Shown: positions 39,853 to 49,330 of the stretch, piece after piece
Layout of the letters: each line of letters opens with the position of its first letter
How positions within the stretch are numbered: position 1 is the first letter of the stretch
Origin: Tepidamorphaceae bacterium
GTDB taxonomy: Bacteria; Pseudomonadota; Alphaproteobacteria; Rhizobiales; JAKSCL01
Direction: 5' to 3'
Assembly: GCA_028289445.1 (NCBI GenBank)
Contig: JANQPO010000014.1
Span: forward strand, 467,944-531,943
Length of the DNA: 64,000 bases
Notes under the pieces: generated by a model
The model's input: only the letters and a program-made list of their open reading frames with translations
What the model was told of the DNA's origin: nothing
Databases searched by the model: none
Program-made: the position numbers and the translations under genes

Positions 39853-40826
39853 CAAAGATGCTGATAGCCGGCATTCTCCAATGTGATGGGCCGTCCCTCG
39901 GCGTCGACAATATGCAGCCCCTCCCCGTCGTCCATGGTCCCAATCGCCGTAGCCGAACACCCGGTAGCGCTTCCATGCGCGACAATCGCAGAAGCGGCGC
40001 TTGGCGGCGCTGTGAAGAGGATTTCGTAGTCATCGCCGCCCGACAACACGATGTTGAGCAGGCTCGGATCGCTGTCGACCGCGCGTCGGCCGGCCGGCGA
40101 AAGCGGCACCGTGGCGGCTTTTAGACGCGCCGCGCAGCCGGACGCCCGCGCCAAGCGCGACAGATCGAGTGCCAGGCCATCGGACACATCCATGGCGGCG
40201 GTGATGTGATCGACAATTGGCTCCAGGAAACCCAGCCGCGGTCGCGGCAAATGGTAACGGTCCGCTAACATAGAAACATCTTGGGCTTCTAGAGTATCTC
40301 GAAAGCGCGTTTTCGTCACGACCTTCAGTCCCAGCGCACCATCGCCGATTGTGCCGGTCACGAAAATCACGTCGCCGATGCGTGCGCCGGAGCGCAACAG
40401 ACCGCCCGGCACCGCCGGTTCACCAATGGCTGTGATAGTGACTGTCAGCGGCCCCGGCGTCGCAACCGTGTCGCCGCCCCACAGGGCGAAGTCGTATTCC
40501 GCCTGATCGCCCGCGAGGCCCGCCGCGAACTGGCGAACCCACGCCGCGTCATGGTTCTTCGGCAGTGCCAGCGACAAGAGATAGCCGAGCGGACGCGCGG
40601 CCTTCGCCGCCAAATCCGACAGATTGACACGCAATGCTTTCTTGGCCACCAGATCCGGCGCGTCGTCGGCAAAAAAATGGACGCCTGCCACCAGGGTATC
40701 CATCGTAACCACGGCGCCTTTCGCCAAGTACGCAGCGGGAACATGCGCGCAATCGTCGTCGAATCGCACGCCCGGTTCGCCGGCCAGTGGCGCGAAGATG
40801 GTCGCGATCAGGTTATCTTCCCTCAC
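39852..40826 (-). CDS. thiL: thiamine-phosphate kinase
   Basis: 324 aa with an AIR-synthase-related fold (DDCA...VVTMDTLVAGVHF, GGDT). It has a GTG start overlapping the nusB stop (GTGA). Confidence 0.9.
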   Translation of the reverse strand: MREDNLIATIFAPLAGEPGVRFDDDCAHVPAAYLAKGAVVTMDTLVAGVHFFADDAPDLVAKKALRVNLSDLAAKAARPLGYLLSLALPKNHDAAWVRQFAAGLAGDQAEYDFALWGGDTVATPGPLTVTITAIGEPAVPGGLLRSGARIGDVIFVTGTIGDGALGLKVVTKTRFRDTLEAQDVSMLADRYHLPRPRLGFLEPIVDHITAAMDVSDGLALDLSRLARASGCAARLKAATVPLSPAGRRAVDSDPSLLNIVLSGGDDYEILFTAPPSAASAIVAHGSATGCSATAIGTMDDGEGLHIVDAEGRPITLENAGYQHL

Positions 40827-41341
40827 GGCTCCCGCGCGCCCGCCGCAAGATCGGGGTCGTCGACCCGGATGTCGCGCGCCACACGATCGAGTACGCCGTT
40901 GGCCAGGCGCTTCTCCTCCGTGTCGAAGAAGGCATCGGCGACGTCCAGATACTCGTTGATGATCACGCGCGGCGGGATATCGCGCTTGCCCATCAACTCA
41001 AACGTCGCGGCGCGCAAAACCGCCCGCAAGATGCTGTCGATGCGCGCAAGCGGCCAGGAATCGGCCAGAATCTTATCGATCGTCCGATCGATCGGCCGCT
41101 GCTCCGCGACCACACCGGATACGACGGCGCGAAAATGCGCTGAATCGGCCGGGACATAGCGCTCGCCGTCGATCTCTTGGCCAATGCGATAGGTTTCATA
41201 CTCGGCAATGACGGAGTCGAGGCCGGCACCGGCGATATCCATTTGGTAAAGCGCCTGAACGGCCGCAAGGCGAGCAGCACTGCGGCCTGCCAGCCCGGAT
41301 CGACCGCCGGCATTCGGAGCAGATTTCACCGTATCCGCCAT
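40823..41341 (-). CDS. nusB: transcription antitermination factor NusB
   Basis: 172 aa. AARLAAVQALYQMD is typical of the NusB N-terminus. Confidence 0.92.
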   Translation of the reverse strand: MADTVKSAPNAGGRSGLAGRSAARLAAVQALYQMDIAGAGLDSVIAEYETYRIGQEIDGERYVPADSAHFRAVVSGVVAEQRPIDRTIDKILADSWPLARIDSILRAVLRAATFELMGKRDIPPRVIINEYLDVADAFFDTEEKRLANGVLDRVARDIRVDDPDLAAGAREP

Positions 41342-41775
41342 CAGGCCGAGAGCAGCCGGTCGCGAAGCGCAATCATTGCAAGTACTGCCTTGGCGGCCTC
41401 GCCACCCTTATCCTTGCGCGCCGGATCGGCGCGCTCCCAAGCCTGGTCACCGTTCTCCACGGTCAAGATACCGTTGCCAACGGCCATCCTGTACGCCACC
41501 GACAGGTCCATGATGGCGCGGGCGGACTCGTTGGCGACAATATCGTAGTGCGTGGTTTCGCCGCGAATGACGCAGCCAAGCGCGACAAATCCTGCATAGC
41601 GATCGGTTTGAATCGCCATCGCCAAAGCCGCCGGGATTTCAAGCACGCCCGGAACGGCGATACGCTCGTGGGTTGCGCCGGCAACCTCCAGCGCCGCGAT
41701 CGCGCCATCCGCCAGCGCATCGGCCAGGTCGCCATAGAACCGGGCCTCCACAATCAGGATATGCGGTTGAGTCAC
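41341..41775 (-). CDS. ribH: 6,7-dimethyl-8-ribityllumazine synthase
   Basis: 144 aa. It has the VPGVLEIP and GETTHYD blocks. The GTG start is preceded by GGGAG. Confidence 0.93.
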   Translation of the reverse strand: MTQPHILIVEARFYGDLADALADGAIAALEVAGATHERIAVPGVLEIPAALAMAIQTDRYAGFVALGCVIRGETTHYDIVANESARAIMDLSVAYRMAVGNGILTVENGDQAWERADPARKDKGGEAAKAVLAMIALRDRLLSA

Positions 41776-41800
41776 TACGCCGCTCCCAACGGCGCCGGCC

Positions 41801-42409
41801 TCACCGGCCGCGCGCCTCCATCAGACGGGCGGCATAGCGCGCCATGAGATCGACTTCAATGTTGATGCGATCTCCGGCGCGGATTTCACCCCAAGTCGTG
41901 ACCTTCAGCGTATGAGGGATAACCATGACGGTGAAGCGATCGTCGTCAGTGCTGTTCACGGTCAGCGAGGTGCCGTCCAAGGCAACGGAGCCTTTTTCCG
42001 CGACCAGTGGTGCCAATGCCGGCGGAAGCCCGACGGTGAATGCCGTGTAATCGCCTCTTTCCTGCCGATCCAACACCGCGGTCACCGCGTCGACATGGCC
42101 GGTCACCAAATGGCCGCCCAGTTCATCGCCGAGCTTCAACGACCGCTCAAGGTTGAGCCTGGTTCCGGCCTGCCAGTCATGGGCCGTCGTGCGGTCCAGT
42201 GTCTCGGGCGAGACCTCGACGTCGAACCAAGCTTTCCCGTTCTTCCCGCCGACTTCGACGGCCGTCAGACAAGGGCCGGAACAGGCAATCGACGCGCCTT
42301 CATCGATACTGGCCGGATCGTAGACACATGCGATACGGAACCGTGCGCCGCGCCCGGTATCTGAGCGCACCGACACGGTTCCAATGTCGCTGATCAGTCC
42401 AGTGAACAC
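41801..42409 (-). CDS. ribE: riboflavin synthase (alpha chain)
   Basis: 202 aa. It begins [10 protein letters not shown] and has two lumazine-binding repeats (GHLVTGHVD). The start codon is GTG. Confidence 0.93.
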   Translation of the reverse strand: MFTGLISDIGTVSVRSDTGRGARFRIACVYDPASIDEGASIACSGPCLTAVEVGGKNGKAWFDVEVSPETLDRTTAHDWQAGTRLNLERSLKLGDELGGHLVTGHVDAVTAVLDRQERGDYTAFTVGLPPALAPLVAEKGSVALDGTSLTVNSTDDDRFTVMVIPHTLKVTTWGEIRAGDRINIEVDLMARYAARLMEARGR

Positions 42410-42410
42410 A

Positions 42411-43520
42411 TCAACTCTCCCGCCAGAACACGCGCTTGCGATCCGGCCCGATCGCGCGGTCTTCGATCAGGCGATAGCGGTCATGACCGAGAACCGTGTC
42501 TAGGTCCAGTCCCGCCAGTGCTTTCGTGCCCTCGGCAATGTGCGTCTCAGGGGCATCGAAGATCACCGCCTCGTCGACCAGATTGCCGCGAAAGAGGGCT
42601 GCTGCGAGCCCTGCGCCACCCTCGACCATCAGGCGCGTGATGCCCCGCGCCGCCAGCGCAGCCAGCGCAAACGGCAGAGAGATGACGTTCGAGGTGTCCT
42701 CTGGCACGCGGATGATTTCGACACCCGCGTCAAGATAGGGGCGCGTCTCGTCATCGGACACGGCCTCCGAAACTAAGATCCATACGGGCACAGTGCCCAC
42801 GGTCTGGATCAGTCGCGAGGACAAAGGCGTGCGCAGCCGGCTGTCGGCAACGACGCGCACAGGCGACCTGTGTTCGATCCCGGCCAAGCGGCAGGTCAAA
42901 ACCGGATCGTCGCTCAAGACCGTACCGATGCCGACCATGATGGCATCGGCTTCGGCTCTCATCATGTGGACCGCGCGACCCGCTTCTGGGCCCGTGATAC
43001 GCACCGAGGTCCGACCGGCACCGCCGATCATCCCATTGCCGCTCACGGCCAATTTCAGTTGGACATGCGGACGCCCGCGCCGGATGCGCGAGACATGGCC
43101 CGCATTGGCCCGCATCGCGGCGGCAGCGCCAACGCCGATGGTCACGTCGATTCCAGCCTCTTCGAGCTGGCGATGGCCGCGCCCGGCCACGCGCGGGTCC
43201 GGGTCTTCCATCGCCGATACGACGCGCGACACGCCGGCTTCGATCAGGGATTTCGTGCACGGCGCGGTCTGGCCGTAGTGCGCGCAGGGTTCGAGCGACA
43301 CATAGGTCGTCGCCCCGCGCGCCGCCTCGCCGGCCTCCCCAAGGGCAATAGGCTCGGCATGTGGACGTCCACCCGGCTGAGTCCATCCGCGCCCGACGAT
43401 CGTCGAATGGGTGCTGTCGGTCCGGACGATCACACACCCAACGGACGGATTAGGCCAGGTTTGGCCAAGGCCCCGCCTGGCGATCGAAAGCGCCGCGTTC
43501 ATATACGTTTCGTCGGACAT
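42411..43520 (-). CDS. ribD: bifunctional diaminohydroxyphosphoribosylaminopyrimidine deaminase / 5-amino-6-(5-phosphoribosylamino)uracil reductase
   Basis: ATG at 43520 (MSDETYMNAALSIARRGLGQTWPNPSVGCVIV). It has the CMP/dCMP deaminase Zn motif (HAE...PCAHYGQTAPC) and a C-terminal RibD reductase domain. Confidence 0.93.
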   Translation of the reverse strand: MSDETYMNAALSIARRGLGQTWPNPSVGCVIVRTDSTHSTIVGRGWTQPGGRPHAEPIALGEAGEAARGATTYVSLEPCAHYGQTAPCTKSLIEAGVSRVVSAMEDPDPRVAGRGHRQLEEAGIDVTIGVGAAAAMRANAGHVSRIRRGRPHVQLKLAVSGNGMIGGAGRTSVRITGPEAGRAVHMMRAEADAIMVGIGTVLSDDPVLTCRLAGIEHRSPVRVVADSRLRTPLSSRLIQTVGTVPVWILVSEAVSDDETRPYLDAGVEIIRVPEDTSNVISLPFALAALAARGITRLMVEGGAGLAAALFRGNLVDEAVIFDAPETHIAEGTKALAGLDLDTVLGHDRYRLIEDRAIGPDRKRVFWRES

Positions 43521-43533
43521 GGAAAAGGACGGC

Positions 43534-43995
43534 CTAAGCATCCTGCTGCGTGGATAATTCACCGATGATGTCGGCGAAGTCCTGAGCATTGCTGAAATCA
43601 AGATAGACGGACGCGAAGCGGACAAAGGCGACTGTGTCCTTTTCACGTAGAACCGCCATCACCGCCTTTCCGATCTCTTCGGACGGCACTTCCGGTTCGC
43701 CGCTGGTTTCGAACTGGCGCACCAGCTTACTGATGGTTTGATCGATCCAATCGTCTTCCAAGGGCCGCTTACGCAGCGCCACTTCGACGGACCGCGTCAG
43801 CTTGTCACGATCGAAGGGCACTTTGCGGCCGTTGCGCTTGACGACGGTCAGTTCGCGCAGTTGAACGCGCTCAAACGTCGTGAAGCGGGCATCGCAATCC
43901 GGGCACATGCGCCGTCGGCGGATCACGCTGTTGTCTTCCGACGGACGCGAATCCTTCACCTGTGTGTTCTGGCTGCCGCAAAACGGACACCGCAT
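43534..43995 (-). CDS. nrdR: transcriptional repressor NrdR
   Basis: [17 protein letters not shown]...[12 protein letters not shown] zinc ribbon plus an ATP-cone domain. Confidence 0.96.
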   Translation of the reverse strand: MRCPFCGSQNTQVKDSRPSEDNSVIRRRRMCPDCDARFTTFERVQLRELTVVKRNGRKVPFDRDKLTRSVEVALRKRPLEDDWIDQTISKLVRQFETSGEPEVPSEEIGKAVMAVLREKDTVAFVRFASVYLDFSNAQDFADIIGELSTQQDA

Positions 43996-44021
43996 GCGTG
44001 TCGATCGAACTCCCTACCCGA

Positions 44022-45335
44022 TCATCGGCCGTCGTAGATCGGAAAGCCTGCGAGAAGGTCACCGACCGCCGAGCGGACCTCCGTCTCGACCGCTTCGTCG
44101 CCTTCGCCGCCCGTTGCCGCCAACCCATCCACGACCTTCAAGATCAACTGGCCAACGGTCTTGAACTCGGAGACGCCGAAACCGCGGGTCGTCGCCGCTG
44201 GCGACCCAAGCCGGATCCCGGATGTGATCGTCGGCTTTTCCGGGTCGGCCGGTACCGCGTTCTTGTTGCAGGTGATGTGCGCACGACCGAGCGCGGTCTC
44301 CGTCGCCTTGCCGGTGACGCCCTTGGGCCGCAGATCGACCAGCATGAGATGGGAGTCGGTGCCACCGCTCACAATATCGAGGCCGCCGCTTTTCAGTTCG
44401 TCGGCGAGCGCTTTGGCATTGTCGACAACGGCTTGCGCATAGACCTTGAAGTCCGGCCGCAACGCCTCGCCGAAGGCCACCGCCTTGGCGGCGATCACAT
44501 GCATCAACGGGCCGCCCTGGAGACCCGGGAAAACGGCGGAGTTGATCTTCTTGGCGATGTCCGGATCGTTGGTCACGACCATGCCGCCGCGCGGACCGCG
44601 CAATGTCTTATGGGTGGTCGTCGTCACGACATGGGCATGCGGAACGGGGCTCGGGAAGACGCCGCCGGCGACCAGACCCGCGAAATGCGCCATGTCGACC
44701 ATCAAGAACGCGCCAACTGAATCAGCTATGTCGCGGAACCGCTTGAAATCAATAAATTTTGCATAGGCGGAGCCACCAGCGATGATCAGCTTGGGGCGAT
44801 GCTCCGACGCCAGGGCCTGGACCTGCTCGTAGTCGATCTCGCCCGTGCCCTCGGCCAACCCATAGGCCACGGCATTGAACCACTTTCCAGACAGGTTCGG
44901 TTTGGCGCCGTGGGTCAAGTGACCGCCGGCGTCGAGGCTCATGCCGAGGATCGTGTCACCGGGCTTGATCAACGCCAGAAGCACCGCCTGGTTCGCCTGC
45001 GAGCCCGAACTGGGCTGGACATTCGCAAACTCGCAATCGAACAGCCGTTTCGCACGCTCGATCGCCAGTTCCTCAGCAATGTCAACGAACTGACAGCCGC
45101 CATAGTAGCGCCGGCCAGGATAGCCCTCAGCGTATTTGTTGGTCAGAACCGATCCCTGCGCCTCAAGCACGGCGCGCGAGACAATGTTCTCCGACGCAAT
45201 CAGCTCTATTTCCTGACGCTGGCGCCCAAGCTCCTTGATGATGGCCAGTTGGATATCTGGATCGCTTTCCGCCAGCCCAGCAGTGAAAAAAACCGGATCC
45301 ATCGGGGCAGCGCGGTCAGCAGTGTTCATAGCCAT
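44022..45335 (-). CDS. glyA: serine hydroxymethyltransferase
   Basis: ATG at 45335, preceded by GGAGGA. It has the [10 protein letters not shown] block and the PLP site [15 protein letters not shown]. The 113-codon extension in the track ORF was rejected. Confidence 0.96.
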   Translation of the reverse strand: MAMNTADRAAPMDPVFFTAGLAESDPDIQLAIIKELGRQRQEIELIASENIVSRAVLEAQGSVLTNKYAEGYPGRRYYGGCQFVDIAEELAIERAKRLFDCEFANVQPSSGSQANQAVLLALIKPGDTILGMSLDAGGHLTHGAKPNLSGKWFNAVAYGLAEGTGEIDYEQVQALASEHRPKLIIAGGSAYAKFIDFKRFRDIADSVGAFLMVDMAHFAGLVAGGVFPSPVPHAHVVTTTTHKTLRGPRGGMVVTNDPDIAKKINSAVFPGLQGGPLMHVIAAKAVAFGEALRPDFKVYAQAVVDNAKALADELKSGGLDIVSGGTDSHLMLVDLRPKGVTGKATETALGRAHITCNKNAVPADPEKPTITSGIRLGSPAATTRGFGVSEFKTVGQLILKVVDGLAATGGEGDEAVETEVRSAVGDLLAGFPIYDGR

Positions 45336-45364
45336 CGAGGGTCCTCCAGGTCGGTCAGCGTCGC

Positions 45365-45380
45365 ACCGATCATGATCGGT
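45365..45380. promoter_or_regulatory. perfect 16-nt palindrome ACCGATCATGATCGGT in the glyA leader
   Basis: Read directly from the sequence. It lies 30-45 nt upstream of the glyA ATG. It could be an operator or an RNA hairpin. Confidence 0.3.
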
Positions 45381-45484
45381 CGCGGTGGCAATATCATAAC
45401 GACAGGGCGCCTCCAAGCGTATGACGCCATGATTTCGTGGTTCAGTTTGGCCAGTTTCGCCGGGCGTTTTGCCGGCCGAAACGC

Positions 45485-45721
45485 CTAGGCAAGGCGGCCC
45501 GGGCGATTGTCCGGCGGTCTCTTCAAAGCGTCCTGCATCTGCTTCTTCAGTTTGCGGACAGCGAGGAGTTCTAGATCGGCGCGGGAGGCATTCACGGGTC
45601 CAAAGACGACAACCTCGGTACCTGTTGCGGCGTCGACGGCGGCCACGCGGGCACAATCGCCGACAAAGGTGCATTCAAGGTAGATTTCGCCGGACTCGGG
45701 TCGAATGTCGTCTTTCGACAT
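45485..45721 (-). CDS. small conserved-looking hypothetical protein (78 aa)
   Basis: ATG checked and codon usage is coding-like. The sequence is [42 protein letters not shown].... It has no TM segment and lies upstream of glyA. Confidence 0.6.
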   Translation of the reverse strand: MSKDDIRPESGEIYLECTFVGDCARVAAVDAATGTEVVVFGPVNASRADLELLAVRKLKKQMQDALKRPPDNRPGRLA

Positions 45722-45736
45722 GCGCCCAGCCCCTTC

Positions 45737-47107
45737 CTATGGGGTCACGGCGGCCCGCAAGCCGGCGTCGGCCCTGTAGATGTCGTCGCGAAAATGGACC
45801 GTGCCGTCGGTGTTGGCCCAGGCCGTGAAGTAAACGGTATGGAGTTCGACCTTGGTCTTCACCGGCGCGTCGAGCCGCTCGCCGAATCGGATCACGGAAT
45901 CGATCTTGGCGCGCGACCAATCGTCCGTATCGCGCAGGATCCAGGCGACCAGTTCGCGCACGTTCTGCACTCGCACGCAGCCCGACGAATGGAAACGGGA
46001 ACTGCGGGCGAACAGGCTCTTGGACGGTGTGTCGTGGAGATACACCTGGTGCTTGTTGTGGAAGTTGATCTTCACGGTACCGAGCGAGTTCACCTCGCCC
46101 GGATCCTGCCGGAACATGTATTCAACCGCCTCGTCGGTCGACCAGTTGACCAGGAGCGGATCGATCTCGTTGCCGGCGTTGTCGAGAATGCGGATGTTGT
46201 AGCGCTTGAGATAAGTCGGGTCCTTCTTGACCGTTGGGATGACGTCACGACGGATAATGCTCTTGGGCACGGTCCAGAAGGGATTGAAGTTGATCTCGTG
46301 CACCTTGGACGACAGGAGCGGTGTCTGGCGGTCGATCTTGCCGACGACGGCCGTGTGCCGGGACACGACGCGTCCAGTCTCGACAGCTTCGATCTCGGCG
46401 CCTGGAATATTGACGACGATGTAGCGCTCGCCTGGCGGTTCAGTCATCGCGGCGAAGCGGTTCAAATTGGCACGGAGCTGACCCAGGCGCACATCGGCCG
46501 ACACGTTGAGCGCCTTCAACGTATCAGCGCGCACAACGCCGTTAGGGACAATGCCGTGCCGGACCTGGAAGCGGCGGACCGCTTCTTGAACATAGGAATC
46601 GAATACCTTGCCAGTGCCCGATGAGACGGACAGGTCGCCGCTGACAACGAGCCGCTCGCGAAGTGCTTGGACATTGCGGTGACGGCTGCCGACGCGCAGC
46701 GTGGGCCCGTCTGGCAGCTTCTTCCATCCGCCGGCGCTGACAATCCGTCGATAGCGCTCGATCGCCTGGAGGAGCGTCGGAACAGCGTGCTCGCCCAAGA
46801 GCGGCGAGGTTTCAACGGCGCCGTAGACCGCAACGTTCCCGCCGGAGGCGTCGAAGGTGTCATCCCATTCAGCGCCCTTGCGAGCGTTGTTCAGCCAGTT
46901 CGAGGTCTCGCCCCGCCGGGTCTGCGCGACATTTGTGGCTTGCGCGGAAGCGTCTCCCGTCCGCGGCGCCAGCGCATCAATTAGCTGGCCAAATCCTGCG
47001 GACAGTCCGGTTCGTCCCGGCGCTTCCGCCAGCGCCATGGTCGACGGCAGCCCTAACGCCAATCCGAGGATAAGCGCCCTAGCACATTTCAAGTAGCGGT
47101 CCATCAT
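45737..47107 (-). CDS. L,D-transpeptidase family protein (PG-binding domain plus YkuD domain)
   Basis: The YkuD catalytic block is HDTPSKSLFARSSRFHSSGCVRV. A PG_binding_1-like region is present (LQAIERYRRIV...VRRFQVRHGIVPNGVV). I chose the ATG at 47107 (MMDRYLKCARALILGLALGLPSTMALA, a signal peptide) rather than the GTG at 47176. Confidence 0.88.
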   Translation of the reverse strand: MMDRYLKCARALILGLALGLPSTMALAEAPGRTGLSAGFGQLIDALAPRTGDASAQATNVAQTRRGETSNWLNNARKGAEWDDTFDASGGNVAVYGAVETSPLLGEHAVPTLLQAIERYRRIVSAGGWKKLPDGPTLRVGSRHRNVQALRERLVVSGDLSVSSGTGKVFDSYVQEAVRRFQVRHGIVPNGVVRADTLKALNVSADVRLGQLRANLNRFAAMTEPPGERYIVVNIPGAEIEAVETGRVVSRHTAVVGKIDRQTPLLSSKVHEINFNPFWTVPKSIIRRDVIPTVKKDPTYLKRYNIRILDNAGNEIDPLLVNWSTDEAVEYMFRQDPGEVNSLGTVKINFHNKHQVYLHDTPSKSLFARSSRFHSSGCVRVQNVRELVAWILRDTDDWSRAKIDSVIRFGERLDAPVKTKVELHTVYFTAWANTDGTVHFRDDIYRADAGLRAAVTP

Positions 47108-47289
47108 ACCCGGTCTTTCGCAAGTCGACCGACACGGCGGTCGGATTATGCGCGATTCGTCGACAATCTCGGCCACAGAATTAGGGCCGCAGAGTGACGA
47201 AAGTCTTTACCGGTCATAGACGACGACGCGCCGACCCACAAGCAATGGCGCATTCGGGGCCGACCATCTCACGGCGAATTTATGAGGTC

Positions 47290-47326
47290 CCAAAAGAAAC
47301 GCCCGGGCGCGAATGCAGCCCGGGCG
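47290..47326 (-). terminator. rho-independent terminator downstream of the MarR-family gene
   Basis: On the minus strand: CGCCCGGGC-tgcattcgc-GCCCGGGCG followed by TTTCTTTTGGG. It is a 9-bp GC stem with a U-rich tail. Confidence 0.7.
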
Positions 47327-47356
47327 CGTCTTATGGTAGCGCGTAACGCTTCGTGA

Positions 47357-47866
47357 TCAGAGACGATAGCGGATCTGGTCCGTCCAGAACCGCTCCAGAC
47401 GCAGCAGCGCCCGGTTCATGCCCTCGAAATCGTCCGCATGCAGGTCGCCGACCGGCTCGATGGTCGTCAGGTGCTTGTCGTACAGGTCCTGAACGATCTC
47501 GCGCACTTCGTGGCCCATCTCGGTCAGGCTAACGCGCACCGCCCGGCGATCGTTCTTAGAACGCTCGTGGCTGATATAGCCCATGTCCACCAGTTTCTTC
47601 AGGTTATAGGAGACATTGGAGCCGAGATAGTAGCCGCGCGTCTTCAATTCGCCGGCCGTCAGTTCGGAATCGCCGATGTTGTAGATCAAAAGCGCCTGCA
47701 CGCTGTTGACATCGTTGCGGCCGCGCCGCTCGAACTCATCCTTGATAACATCGAGCAACCGCCGGTGCAGCCGTTCGATCAGACGCAGCGAGTCCATGTA
47801 AAGGGACTCAAGGGTCCGCTCTTCGGCGCCCGTATCGTGATACATGGCCTGCGCGGTCTGGGTCAT
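47357..47866 (-). CDS. MarR family transcriptional regulator (position and type resemble LdtR of Sinorhizobium/Liberibacter)
   Basis: ATG at 47866, preceded by AGGCAGGAA. It has a winged-HTH core (LIYNIGDSELTAGELKTRGYYLGSNVSYNLKKLVDMGYISHERSKNDRRAVRVSLT). It lies directly upstream of an L,D-transpeptidase gene. Confidence 0.82.
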   Translation of the reverse strand: MTQTAQAMYHDTGAEERTLESLYMDSLRLIERLHRRLLDVIKDEFERRGRNDVNSVQALLIYNIGDSELTAGELKTRGYYLGSNVSYNLKKLVDMGYISHERSKNDRRAVRVSLTEMGHEVREIVQDLYDKHLTTIEPVGDLHADDFEGMNRALLRLERFWTDQIRYRL

Positions 47867-48014
47867 GGTTCCTGCCTTTCGAAGTGTTTGACGTCCTTGA
47901 TCGTTGATGAGGACAATACCCAACACCCGCTAAGGCCGGCTTAAGCGATACGCTGAAAATTCGATTAAAATCAAAGACTAGCGTTAAATTGGATTCACCA
48001 ATAACGATTCGTAA

Positions 48015-48905
48015 TCAGCCGTCGCCGCGCAAAAAACGGACGATGCCGGAGAAGTCCGTCTCGGCGTCTCCACCATTGCAATAGACCCCGTAAAGGGCGC
48101 TCGCCTCAGCGCCCAGCGGTGTGGCGGCGCCCGTTGCAATCGCCGCTTCTTGGGCAAGCTTCAGGTCCTTCCACATCATCGCGGCGGTGAACCCGGCCTG
48201 GTAGTCGCGATTGGCGGGCGATGTCGGCACCGGCCCTGGCACGGGGCAATAGGTGGTCAGCGACCAACACTGGCCGGACGCCGTCGATGAGATATCGAAC
48301 AGGCTTTGGGCGTCGAGGCCCAGCTTTTCGGCTAGGACGAAAGCTTCCGAGACGCCGATCATCGAGATTCCGAGGATCATGTTGTTGCAGATTTTGGCCG
48401 CCTGACCATTGCCGGCCGCGCCGGCATGGACAATCGTCTTGCCCATGATCTCAAGATAAGGCTTTGCCGCTGCAAAGGCGTCATCGGGGCCGCCAACCAT
48501 GAACGTCAACGAGCCGGCCTCTGCGCCGCCGACACCGCCAGACACCGGCGCATCGATCATCGCCATGCCGCCCTTCGTTGCCGCGTCGGCGACTATGCGG
48601 GCCGATTCCACGTCGATGGTGCTTGAATCGATGAACAGCGTTCCCGGCTGCGCCTGCGCCAGCAGCCCGTCATCGCCGAGGTAGACGGCTTTCACATGCG
48701 TTCCGGCGGGCAGCATGGTTATCACGACCCCCGCCCCGTCTAATACCGCGTTAACATTCTGCGCCGCGACACCGCCAGCGCGCGCGAATTGGTCGAGTGT
48801 CGCTTCGGAGAGATCGAAGCCTTTCACCTGATGGCCTGCCTTGACCAGATTTGCGGCCATCGGCCCGCCCATATTGCCCAGCCCGATAAACCCGATCGTG
48901 GTCAT
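48015..48905 (-). CDS. mmsB: 3-hydroxyisobutyrate dehydrogenase
   Basis: 296 aa. It has the NAD-binding IGFIGLGNMGGPMA motif and the beta-hydroxyacid dehydrogenase signature region. Confidence 0.88.
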   Translation of the reverse strand: MTTIGFIGLGNMGGPMAANLVKAGHQVKGFDLSEATLDQFARAGGVAAQNVNAVLDGAGVVITMLPAGTHVKAVYLGDDGLLAQAQPGTLFIDSSTIDVESARIVADAATKGGMAMIDAPVSGGVGGAEAGSLTFMVGGPDDAFAAAKPYLEIMGKTIVHAGAAGNGQAAKICNNMILGISMIGVSEAFVLAEKLGLDAQSLFDISSTASGQCWSLTTYCPVPGPVPTSPANRDYQAGFTAAMMWKDLKLAQEAAIATGAATPLGAEASALYGVYCNGGDAETDFSGIVRFLRGDG

Positions 48906-48917
48906 TCTTCTTCTCCG

Positions 48918-49325
48918 TTAGCGGTGGCGGTGGATCATGAGCCTGAGAACGACATAGATGGCGATGATGGCGACGTGACCGCCGATCACCACGTATTCGG
49001 GCTCGAAATGCTGCGGAAATCCGAACGCCATGATGAGCCGGATGATGAGCGACATGGCGATGAGGCCGATGCCCCAGGAGGCGCCGAACCAAAGGCCCGT
49101 CGCGGTAACGGGCATCAACAGGGCGAAGATGAGAAGCGTGATCTGCTCGGGCCGCTCAAGGGCGGTAAACGCCACCGTCGGGTCGTCGACCAAACCAATC
49201 AGCGGCCGCCAATAGATGACGCCGGCGATCAGAAACACAACGCCGAGCGTGCGCAGAAACCAAACGAGGAACTCGCGATAGCGTTCGCCCGTCGTGTCTT
49301 CCTTGTAGTCCAGGATCTGCTGCAT
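48918..49325 (-). CDS. hypothetical small integral membrane protein (about 135 aa, 4 TM)
   Basis: The track start at 49334 is TTG, inside the upstream stop region. The in-frame ATG at 49325 lies 5 nt after the hydrolase TGA. The product is hydrophobic and the gene is tightly packed in the operon. Confidence 0.65.
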   Translation of the reverse strand: MQQILDYKEDTTGERYREFLVWFLRTLGVVFLIAGVIYWRPLIGLVDDPTVAFTALERPEQITLLIFALLMPVTATGLWFGASWGIGLIAMSLIIRLIMAFGFPQHFEPEYVVIGGHVAIIAIYVVLRLMIHRHR

Positions 49326-49330
49326 CGTCG

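Noticed and set aside
41776-43533. An FMN riboswitch associated with the ribD-ribE-ribH genes.
   Set aside because: The genes are packed within the nrdR-led operon with gaps of 1-25 nt, which leaves no room for an aptamer of about 150 nt.
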